Source: a virus (taxonomy: Duplodnaviria; Caudoviricetes). From it: a stretch of DNA of 64,000 nucleotides. The first letter of the stretch is position 1, and every line of letters begins with the position of its first letter. The notes under the pieces are model-generated. The model did not search any database. It had not been told where the DNA came from and worked only from the letters and a program-made list of their open reading frames with translations. The stretch lies in IMG/VR virus record IMGVR_UViG_3300024346_000004. One strand, given 5' to 3'. Of this stretch, positions 9,963 through 18,696 are shown piece by piece. The position numbers and the translations under genes are program-made.

Positions 9963-10799
9963 TTAGTAACCTCTGCGCTGTCCTGATGGATATCTTGAAG
10001 TCTGAGCTGCCAAAGAAATATTTGGTGTAGCATTTCCAGCTGCAAGAATCTGAGTCATGTCGAGAACTAATCTATTAAATTCGAAAGTATTCTTTTCGAA
10101 CTTCTTTTGAAGATTTCTCATAGAAAGAATAGTTTCGTTTGCGACGAGTGATCTTGCATCGTAATCTGTCTCTGCAACAAGAGCTGCATAAGCAGTGTCG
10201 AATGCAGTACAGGCTGCGACGATCTGATCCTTGACCTTAAGGAAATCTTCCCAGGTTTCGGTAGCGAGTGATGTTGCTGCAACGCCAACGTTAACGTCAG
10301 TAGGATACTTAGCAACTGAATTGTATACAGCAACAGCTGGTAACTCTTCAAATCTTACTGCATCAATACCGAGGGTAAATCCAGCAAGAATATTTCTAAG
10401 AACGAATACTTTCGCTCCGTTGACAGTACCACCATTGACAGCAACAAACTTGAAGTTGCTAGCTGCAAGTAATTTTGCAGAAGTGTCAAAGCTGGTATTT
10501 CTTGACCATGCACCAGATGCTGCGGTATAGATACCATTGTCAAATGCATTTGTCTGATTTTTTACGAGAACAAAGTTACCAGCTGAAACAGAAACACCAT
10601 CGATGGTCTGTGCGCCAGTAAGAGCGATGTTTGCTGTAGTAGCAGCATGAATAGTGGCAGGTGTACCTACTGTACCAGCAGCAGTAAATGCGACACTGAC
10701 AGCCTGAGTAAATTTAATTTCTCTCTTATCAGCAACGTTATCAACTGCTCTTGCTCCAGGTGCAATTCCACTGATGAAACTAGATGGATAGTTTGGCAT
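9963..10799 (-). CDS. probable virion structural/decoration protein
   Basis: TTANIALTGAQTIDGV..VLVKNQT..NGIY module common in phage fibre/decoration proteins; Ala-rich; SD AGGAG. Confidence 0.65.
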   Translation of the reverse strand: MPNYPSSFISGIAPGARAVDNVADKREIKFTQAVSVAFTAAGTVGTPATIHAATTANIALTGAQTIDGVSVSAGNFVLVKNQTNAFDNGIYTAASGAWSRNTSFDTSAKLLAASNFKFVAVNGGTVNGAKVFVLRNILAGFTLGIDAVRFEELPAVAVYNSVAKYPTDVNVGVAATSLATETWEDFLKVKDQIVAACTAFDTAYAALVAETDYDARSLVANETILSMRNLQKKFEKNTFEFNRLVLDMTQILAAGNATPNISLAAQTSRYPSGQRRGY

Positions 10800-10871
10800 A
10801 TAAATCTCCTATAATTTTCCTTCGAAGAAAAAATTTAGTTTAAAACATTTTTTTGTTTTCTGATAACGTTT

Positions 10872-10896
10872 TTCTACATCTATCAGGTTATTTCCT
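10872..10896 (-). promoter_or_regulatory. putative phage-specific promoter AGG-N17-TAGAA
   Basis: minus strand agg aaataacctgatagatg tagaa. Confidence 0.55.
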
Positions 10897-10909
10897 TTTT
10901 TCTTGGAAC

Positions 10910-10934
10910 AGGATATATAAACCTTCTTGGAGAA
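10910..10934 (+). promoter_or_regulatory. putative phage-specific promoter AGG-N17-GAGAA
   Basis: agg atatataaaccttcttg gagaa, heads the fibre operon. Confidence 0.55.
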
Positions 10935-10970
10935 TATGCTATCTGTACAATAATCTTTGTAAAACAAAAA

Positions 10971-12485
10971 ATGCTAAAAGAAAATAACATTTGGTCAGGG
11001 TCAAATACATTTTTAAAAAGTGTAGTTTTCCCAAAAAATCAAACATTTCATCTTGATAATCTTGTATCAGATTCTCCAAAATCTGGTTCAATGTTATACT
11101 ACGATGGCTCAAAATATTCTAATATTGAGCCAGGTTCATCCAATTCATCTCTTGTATTACTGGGAGATAAACCTACATGGACTTCTATCAATATTTCTAA
11201 AGTATCTGGAATATTGCCTATAGAAAATGGCGGTACAGGCTGGACAAACGTACCAAATCCAGGTTTATTATTTATTAACAAAGATATTATTGAATCTATA
11301 TCTCCTGTAAATAACAAAGTATTAGCTTATATTAACAATGAATTTACATGGATTTCTTTACCTGAACAAGCAACTATCCAATCTATTGAAGTTCCAGACA
11401 CATCAAATTTTATTACTTTAGATGATATTCCTAAGCAAAAAGATTTCTGGGAAGTTACTAATGGCGGAACAGGTCTCAAAAATGTAAATAAGGGTGATTT
11501 ATTATATTCAAATCAAGATAATAAAATCACCGTATTATCAGCGGTTAGTAAAGAGAATTTTATTTTATCTGTAGAAAATGATCTCCCAAAATGGATTGAA
11601 CTAGATGTAAATAAAATCCTCAAAAAACAGATAAAAGATTTCCCAACATTTGAAATAACAGATAAAGTCAAAATTAATAATATTGAGATAGCTCGTATAG
11701 ATTCTGATATTAATGGAACAGCTTTATCTATTAGAGAAATTTTACCAGCTAATTTAGGTGGTACAGGTTTTGATGTTTCTAATATACCTATGGGATCAAT
11801 ATTATATGCTTCTGAACAATCACATTATAATATCTTGTCTCCTGGGGAAGCTGATTCTGTTTTAATATCTAATGGAGAAAATAAAGCTCCATCATATAAA
11901 AAGATTAATTTAGAATATGCAGCAGGATCAGGAATTAAGCTATCAGATAAAACATTTTCTTTTGATAATGAAGCTAGCTATACTTTTACAAATCCACAAA
12001 GTTTTAATCTTATATCTACCAAAATCGCTAAAGCATCAAGAATTATATTAGAAGAAGATACTATAGACAAAAATAATAATAGCTTGTTTGTAGATAACAA
12101 TACATTATTCTTTAGAAGTAATAACAATAACCATAATTTACTTCAAAAACAAGAGATTATACAACCATACATTACATTACAAATATTATGTAATACTAAC
12201 GATTTATCCGCTCCATTTATGATTCCTTACTTGTCAGATCATAAAGAACAATTTAGAGTAAAAAGATTAGATTGGTATATTACAGATTACAAAGAATCTA
12301 TCAACATAAATATAGTTAAAAATGGTATAGATTTATTATCTAATGATATTTTAGTAGATAATAAAACAGGATATATAAATAATTTTGGACTATTGGAATT
12401 ACTGTCTGGAGATTTTATATTTTTCTCAGCATCAGTGGAAAATAAATGGAATCTTTGGATTACTCTTGAAAGGCTATCTGTATGA
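10971..12485 (+). CDS. tail fibre-like protein
   Basis: repeated LPxxNGGTG / GDLLY fibre motifs; C-terminal domain resembles that of ORF 25165. Confidence 0.65.
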   Translation: MLKENNIWSGSNTFLKSVVFPKNQTFHLDNLVSDSPKSGSMLYYDGSKYSNIEPGSSNSSLVLLGDKPTWTSINISKVSGILPIENGGTGWTNVPNPGLLFINKDIIESISPVNNKVLAYINNEFTWISLPEQATIQSIEVPDTSNFITLDDIPKQKDFWEVTNGGTGLKNVNKGDLLYSNQDNKITVLSAVSKENFILSVENDLPKWIELDVNKILKKQIKDFPTFEITDKVKINNIEIARIDSDINGTALSIREILPANLGGTGFDVSNIPMGSILYASEQSHYNILSPGEADSVLISNGENKAPSYKKINLEYAAGSGIKLSDKTFSFDNEASYTFTNPQSFNLISTKIAKASRIILEEDTIDKNNNSLFVDNNTLFFRSNNNNHNLLQKQEIIQPYITLQILCNTNDLSAPFMIPYLSDHKEQFRVKRLDWYITDYKESININIVKNGIDLLSNDILVDNKTGYINNFGLLELLSGDFIFFSASVENKWNLWITLERLSV

Positions 12486-14911
12486 GTAATTTCTTTATAA
12501 TTCCACCTCGTTTGATTGTTGGCTCTACTCCTGGGGTCAATGTAGTAACAAGCTTAAATGGTCTTCGTGGAGATCTAATTGTAAGTGCTGATACTCTTTC
12601 TGGAATCTCAGCATCAGTAAATAATAAAACAATTACCCTTACCATATTGCCAAACTTCTATGTAAAAAAAGCTGGCGATACATTTCTTGGTAACCTTGAT
12701 TTTATTCCTACAGCTGGCAAATATGGTCTTAAACTATTAGCTTCAAATGTAGATCCAACAGAATTTGCTGAAGGCGCTATTTATTTTAACACTAACGCAA
12801 ATGTACTTAAAATTTATTCTGATGGTGCTTGGTTAACATTAGCTCAAACAGGTGCATTAACACAAGTAGATGGAGACCTTAGATATCTTAAAATAGATGC
12901 TAGTAATGGTCCTTTAACAGGCAACTTATCTTTAGGTACTACATTATTAGGTTTAGGACAAAAAAATTCCGATCCGCTTACTGGTGTTCCGGGACAGGTC
13001 TATTATAATACAACTACAAATTCACCAAGATTATATGATGGTACTGCTTGGACAGGATTTGCTGGTGCTGCGGTTAGTCTTACATCAGGGAACGGTATTA
13101 GTCTTTCTCCATCCACAATTACTTCCAATGGTTCTATATCAGTTAATCTTGGATATAATTTTATTTGGACAGGCTCTCATACACATAACAACGCTATAAC
13201 ATTTGCAGCTGCTCAAAGATTTGATATTACTAAATTAGAAATAACATCTCAAGCTACAGGTGATTTAACATATTATTCTGGTACTAACTGGACTAGAAGA
13301 GCAATTGGTACAGATGGTCAAGTATTATCCGTAGTATCTGGTGTACCTACTTGGAGTACGATTTCAGATGGTAGAATTGGCACCCCAGCAGATACATCTT
13401 ATTCTGATGGTTATTTTAGCACATGGACATCGAGTACTACAGTAGCAGATGCATTTGATGATGTTAATGAACTATTATTACTATTAGCTCCAACTCAAGG
13501 TGGTTTACTTACTGGAGTTAATCTTACATCATCTGGAGTTACGTTCTATTCAGCCAAAGTACCATCCGGATTACCTGCTGCTTGGTATGGCAATGGTGTT
13601 ACTGCTGGAAGTACTATTACATCTTATTATGTAACAGGTACATTATCTCTTGTATCACCGTCTCCATCAACTATTTTTAGAGCTGGTAAACTTAACACTC
13701 CATCTAGTTATGGCAATGTTGTTCATAAATTATATACTGTAGCAGCCCCATCTGGAACAGCGGTAGACACTATAGCTTTATCTAGTATTGTTTCTACTCC
13801 TTCTACAACAGGTTCTTTAACAATTACAGATTTTTCCACTTATAATACAATCTGGAAAAAAGCAAATGCAACAATATCTGTAGTGCAAACAAATGAAGGA
13901 TATGAAGGCCACAGTTTATTTGGAACAGAGGCTGGAGAATCTAATACAATCCATATATACAAGGATACTGTTAATCCAGCGCCATCTTTTAGCACATCAC
14001 CTACCGCAACACAAAATACCGCTTCTTTTAAATATTTATCCGGTATTCAATATTATAATCTTACATCTAGTTTTGATATGAGATTTGTTGCAGCTTCTGG
14101 TATATTTAATAGATGTTATCACCCTACTAAAGTAGCAGCTATAAATGCCACTGGTTTAACAGAAGTAAGTGTAAATCCAGCTACTACTCCTGTCTACACG
14201 GATACTTTTGATAAATCTGGGGCTAATTTTGTTACAACAACTTTGAATGTAGTTGATAGAAATTCATTAAATAAATACATCACGGTAACATTAAATAAAC
14301 CTGCTGGCGGGACAACATCAGTGAATGCATCTATTTCTTATTTTATTAATACATACACCACTAAATCAACACAAACAGCAGAATATTTTGTAGATGAAGC
14401 CCAAAGGTTGGTATTAGGTACAAACACTGCCTGGACATCTACAAATGCCCTAATTAATGGCAATGCGCAAGTAAGGAATTTCACTACAGCAAATACAGGA
14501 TGCTTACAAGTGGCTGATGGTACTGATTATCCAGGTTTTACAGGAAATCAAGAATATCAAAGATATTTCTACAAAACATCTGCATCTACAGGTTCTTTAG
14601 CATTTGGAAATATTTTATATACAGATATTGCTGCTCACGGTACTGGTAATGTAAATGTTTTACTTTATTTAGAAAATGATGCTAAATGGTTTGATCTAGC
14701 AGTACCTCAAGGATCAAATTCTAATGATGGTTCTTCTAGAGCTTTAGCTATTTCAGGTAGAGCTTTTGGTAGTAGCGGTGGAACTCTTAACTGGTCTATT
14801 GGAACATATACTACTGGTCCAACATCTTCTGGAAACTTAGGCAGATATAGAATTGTTATTATATTTAGAAATCTGACTACGACTAAAATAACTTCAATAG
14901 TGAGTAGCTAA
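12482..14911 (+). CDS. tail fibre/structural protein
   Basis: VTSLNGLRG, GAIYFNT..LKIY, GQVYYNT..RLYDGTAW fibre repeats; Thr/Ser/Gly-rich. Confidence 0.7.
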   Translation: MSNFFIIPPRLIVGSTPGVNVVTSLNGLRGDLIVSADTLSGISASVNNKTITLTILPNFYVKKAGDTFLGNLDFIPTAGKYGLKLLASNVDPTEFAEGAIYFNTNANVLKIYSDGAWLTLAQTGALTQVDGDLRYLKIDASNGPLTGNLSLGTTLLGLGQKNSDPLTGVPGQVYYNTTTNSPRLYDGTAWTGFAGAAVSLTSGNGISLSPSTITSNGSISVNLGYNFIWTGSHTHNNAITFAAAQRFDITKLEITSQATGDLTYYSGTNWTRRAIGTDGQVLSVVSGVPTWSTISDGRIGTPADTSYSDGYFSTWTSSTTVADAFDDVNELLLLLAPTQGGLLTGVNLTSSGVTFYSAKVPSGLPAAWYGNGVTAGSTITSYYVTGTLSLVSPSPSTIFRAGKLNTPSSYGNVVHKLYTVAAPSGTAVDTIALSSIVSTPSTTGSLTITDFSTYNTIWKKANATISVVQTNEGYEGHSLFGTEAGESNTIHIYKDTVNPAPSFSTSPTATQNTASFKYLSGIQYYNLTSSFDMRFVAASGIFNRCYHPTKVAAINATGLTEVSVNPATTPVYTDTFDKSGANFVTTTLNVVDRNSLNKYITVTLNKPAGGTTSVNASISYFINTYTTKSTQTAEYFVDEAQRLVLGTNTAWTSTNALINGNAQVRNFTTANTGCLQVADGTDYPGFTGNQEYQRYFYKTSASTGSLAFGNILYTDIAAHGTGNVNVLLYLENDAKWFDLAVPQGSNSNDGSSRALAISGRAFGSSGGTLNWSIGTYTTGPTSSGNLGRYRIVIIFRNLTTTKITSIVSS

Positions 14912-14913
14912 AA

Positions 14914-16248
14914 ATGCCATGGCTTGACACAGATATTAGTTTTAAGAAACTAAACAATAAACGAATCACTACATCTACTGGTAAAGGTTTAGCAGAAGAA
15001 CGTGGCGCTTCTACTATTGAAAATCATGCCAGAGATTTAAAAATAGACACGATACCTGGTGTTCCTCCTGGTTCTACTACTACTATAGTCCAAGTTTATT
15101 CTACTGGATCTCCGTTGTTATTAGTAGAAGATCTTTCTGTACCTAATCAACAAGCTTGGTTTGCTACTTCTATTTCTGATACTGTTACAGCTAATAATGG
15201 TACTAATGGTTCTGAATCTGCTAGGTTGATGGATTGGATACCTGATAAATACGATTCTCCTGGTACTGTTTCTGGTACTGGATATGAAATCAAATTATAT
15301 GATTCTAGTAACGTTTTAATCCCAAAATCAGATTCATCTCAATGGTTCTTCGATTATCAAACAGGTATTTTATTATTTAAAAATGCTAATACAGATTCTG
15401 GTTCTGTTTCTTCAAGAGCTCCATTTAAAGTTGCAGGTTATAGATATGTAGGTAGAAAAGGTAGTTATTGGGCTATTCCAAGAACTGTTACTTTTGCTGG
15501 TGGTAATGTAACAGGATCTTTTACTATAGATGGTTCAGCAGATGTTCCTGGAGTGGTATTAACAGCTTCTATCTCTGCTGCGGGGCAATTAAATGTTACA
15601 GACGATACTACAACTAATGCAGCTCGTTACATTTCTTTCACTTCTGCTACATCAGGCGCTGCTACTTTTAACGTTTCTTCTACTAAGCTTACTTACAATC
15701 CATCTAGTGGAACTCTTAACTCAACTATTTTATCATCAGGAACATTATTAGCTCCATCTTCAAGTTTGGCTATAAAACCTACTACAAACGCTACTACTGC
15801 TATACAAATACAAAATAGCGCCGGAACATCTATTCTCAACATAGATACAACAAATAATAGAGTTGGTATCGGCACTACTACACCTTCATACGATCTTGAA
15901 GTAAACGGTGAAATATCAGCTACAAGTAAATCATTTGTAATTATTCATCCTACTAAAGAAGGAATGAAATTAAGATATGGAAGTTTAGAAGGACCTGAAA
16001 ATGGTGTATATGTAAGAGGTATTGCTAATTCTAATATAATAGAATTGCCAGATTATTGGACTGGTTTAGTAAATTCTTCTACTATTACTGTACATTTAAC
16101 ACCTATTGGGAAACATACTAATCTTGTTTTTATTAAATATGAAGACAATAAAGTATACATAAAAGCTGGCTGGTTTCAAAAGATTAATTGCTTCTATTCT
16201 ATATGGGCTGAAAGAAAAGATGTCCCCAAGATTAAGGTGGAATTTTAA
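14914..16248 (+). CDS. tail fibre protein with conserved KSF..LEGPE..LPDYW C-terminal domain
   Basis: RVGIGTTTPSYDLEVNG then KSFVIIHPTK..YGSLEGPENGVYVRG..LPDYW. Confidence 0.75.
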   Translation: MPWLDTDISFKKLNNKRITTSTGKGLAEERGASTIENHARDLKIDTIPGVPPGSTTTIVQVYSTGSPLLLVEDLSVPNQQAWFATSISDTVTANNGTNGSESARLMDWIPDKYDSPGTVSGTGYEIKLYDSSNVLIPKSDSSQWFFDYQTGILLFKNANTDSGSVSSRAPFKVAGYRYVGRKGSYWAIPRTVTFAGGNVTGSFTIDGSADVPGVVLTASISAAGQLNVTDDTTTNAARYISFTSATSGAATFNVSSTKLTYNPSSGTLNSTILSSGTLLAPSSSLAIKPTTNATTAIQIQNSAGTSILNIDTTNNRVGIGTTTPSYDLEVNGEISATSKSFVIIHPTKEGMKLRYGSLEGPENGVYVRGIANSNIIELPDYWTGLVNSSTITVHLTPIGKHTNLVFIKYEDNKVYIKAGWFQKINCFYSIWAERKDVPKIKVEF

Positions 16249-16961
16249 TGGGTGTATTTTATAATCCATCTATTATCACTGAAGGATTAGTATTGTATCT
16301 AGATGCTGCTAATCTTAAAAGTTATCCTGGATCTGGGACGACATGGAATGATTTAAGTGGCAATAATAATAATGCTCCAATGGTCAATACTCCAACATAT
16401 TCTAATCTTAAAAATGGTGCTTTTACATTTGATGGAGCTGGAACTAATTATTTTGATTTAGATAGCAAAGCATCTCTTATAAATGTGAATGCAGGTACAG
16501 TTGGTGGATGGGTAAGATTCAACGATCTTGACTCAGATTCAACTAATTATGTTTTTGTTTCATATGGTGGAAATGCATATGGTGGAGGTTTTATTTTACA
16601 ACATGCAGGTCTTGGAGGGGCAGCATTAAGGTTAGAACTTCTAGCTTGGGGAGGTAGTATTACTGGAGTTCCGAGAGCAAACATAGATAAGGTTACAGCC
16701 TTGCCATTTCAGGGCCAAGATATTTACATGATCGGAACGTGGACAACATCAGAGGTCAAATTATATATCAATGGTGATTTAAGAGCTACAGTTTTAACAA
16801 ATGCAGCACTCCCATCCAGATCCACTTTGAGAATTAGTAGTGAAGCTGGTAGAAGTAGAGGTGTCAATGGGAATGTTTACAATTGCTCAATCTATAATCG
16901 TGCTTTATCTACTCAAGAAATCTTACAAAATTATAATGCCACAAAAGGAAGATATATGTAA
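16248..16961 (+). CDS. LamG/concanavalin A-like lectin domain protein
   Basis: GLVLYLDAAN.KSYPGSGTTWNDLSGN; IYNRALSTQEILQNY. Confidence 0.8.
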   Translation: MGVFYNPSIITEGLVLYLDAANLKSYPGSGTTWNDLSGNNNNAPMVNTPTYSNLKNGAFTFDGAGTNYFDLDSKASLINVNAGTVGGWVRFNDLDSDSTNYVFVSYGGNAYGGGFILQHAGLGGAALRLELLAWGGSITGVPRANIDKVTALPFQGQDIYMIGTWTTSEVKLYINGDLRATVLTNAALPSRSTLRISSEAGRSRGVNGNVYNCSIYNRALSTQEILQNYNATKGRYM

Positions 16962-18319
16962 TGGGTGTTTTTTCTTCTCCTAGTATTCCTTTGGAGGGTC
17001 TTGTTTTTTCAATAGATGCTGGAAATTCAAAAAGCTATTCTGGATCTGGCACAAATGTAAATGATCCTATTAATAGTATATCTGGGGTTATGAACAATGG
17101 AGTTGGCTTCAGTACTCTCATAGGTGGATATTTTTCATTCGACGGTACAGATGACAAAATTTTATATCCATTAAATTCAACTTATGACATATCTCAATCT
17201 ATAACCATTGAAGCACATATCAGACCTTTAAATTATACTTCAGCAGGTGGTGGAGGGATGATTATTACAAAAGTAGCTTCTTATTATCTTGAACTCGCTT
17301 TAAATGGAAAAATAAGAGTATATTTTGGTGGATTAAACTCTCCAGGATATCATGAAAGTGTTGGCACTGTATATCTTAATGTTTGGACTCATGTTGCAAT
17401 TACTAGAGACTTTGCTAATAATACTATAAATATTTATATCAATGGTGTGCTAGATAGAACAGTCAGCGGAATTACAGGGAATATAACTGTTCAGCAAACT
17501 TATGGATTATCTGTAGGGGGATATTCTGCTGGAGGATATTTATTTATAGGTCATATAGCTTGTGGAAAAATCTATAATAGAGCCTTATCTGCAGCAGAAG
17601 TAGCACAATTATATAATGCTACAAAAGATCGATATTCATATAAAGCAGATATTATTAAAAATGGACTTCTTCTTAATTATGACATATCTTCTAATTTGTC
17701 ATATACCAGCCCAGATACTTACATACAAAGCACAATCAATAACTACCCTGGATTGGTTGTAAATGGCCCAACTTATAGCTCAAATAATGGTGGATATTTA
17801 AATTTTGATGGAACTAATGATCATATTTTAGTTTACAATAGTCCTTTTGGATTTACCTCAGAAAGTTTTACATATTCTTATTGGATTTATATTAATAGCT
17901 TTACAACGAATTTAGCAAATCAAGGTCCAATTCCATATTATAAAGGTGATTATCAGATAAATGGATATTACTCTCAAATAGGTTCAGATGGAAGTTATTT
18001 CTTTGGTACGAATCAAGGCGGAGCTATGCAATTTAGTGGTACAGCAGCAGCAACTTTTACTACAGGTGTTTGGTATTATATTTCAGATGTAAGAAATGGA
18101 TCTTCTGTAAGAATTTATGTAAATGGTATTGATAGGACAAGTGTTGCAGGTACTCATATAAATCCATCTTATTCCAATTCAGGTTTATACATTGGATCTT
18201 ATAGAACGTTTATTTTTAGCAATATTAGAATAGGAAATTTTAAAGTTTACAACAGAGCACTAAATTCCACTGAAATTTTGTCAAATTTCAATGCTCTTCG
18301 TGGTAGATTCGGTATATAA
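16961..18319 (+). CDS. tandem LamG/concanavalin A-like domain protein
   Basis: two copies of FDGT.D..W..V..Y(I/V)NG..YNRAL. Confidence 0.8.
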   Translation: MGVFSSPSIPLEGLVFSIDAGNSKSYSGSGTNVNDPINSISGVMNNGVGFSTLIGGYFSFDGTDDKILYPLNSTYDISQSITIEAHIRPLNYTSAGGGGMIITKVASYYLELALNGKIRVYFGGLNSPGYHESVGTVYLNVWTHVAITRDFANNTINIYINGVLDRTVSGITGNITVQQTYGLSVGGYSAGGYLFIGHIACGKIYNRALSAAEVAQLYNATKDRYSYKADIIKNGLLLNYDISSNLSYTSPDTYIQSTINNYPGLVVNGPTYSSNNGGYLNFDGTNDHILVYNSPFGFTSESFTYSYWIYINSFTTNLANQGPIPYYKGDYQINGYYSQIGSDGSYFFGTNQGGAMQFSGTAAATFTTGVWYYISDVRNGSSVRIYVNGIDRTSVAGTHINPSYSNSGLYIGSYRTFIFSNIRIGNFKVYNRALNSTEILSNFNALRGRFGI

Positions 18320-18341
18320 TATAATAGAAAGGAAAAATATT

Positions 18342-18599
18342 ATGGAAGATCGTAATTATGTTATTTTTGATGCTGATGAGGTAGACAAGATTGATTTCAC
18401 CCAAGTTTTAGAAACATCTGCGGAAACATTGAGATTTTCAGTAGACGGCACTAAGACTTTCGTAAAATTTGAAGGTAGCACTCCAGCTTGTTTAGATCAA
18501 GTTACATCAAAATCAGAAGCGTATTCTCATTCTGAAATTCTTGTACTTCTCGCTACAGAAGAATGGACAAACCCAAATCCAATGGGAATTCCAGAATAA
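18342..18599 (+). CDS. small phage protein associated with LamG fibre genes
   Basis: ETSAETLRFSVDGTKTFVKF..EEWT; SD AAGGA before ATG 18342. Confidence 0.65.
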   Translation: MEDRNYVIFDADEVDKIDFTQVLETSAETLRFSVDGTKTFVKFEGSTPACLDQVTSKSEAYSHSEILVLLATEEWTNPNPMGIPE

Positions 18600-18696
18600 A
18601 CAGTATAATTTTGTTTGATTGTGCCTAAATAGATTAAAAGAATTAAAGGGCTCGATCTTGAATATAATAGAGAGCTCTTTACTCTTTTGATTTCCT

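Noticed and set aside
18647-18672. Further AGG-N17-AGAA promoter copies at ~18648, ~54700 (minus) and ~983
   Set aside because: One box deviates in each case, so they were not counted
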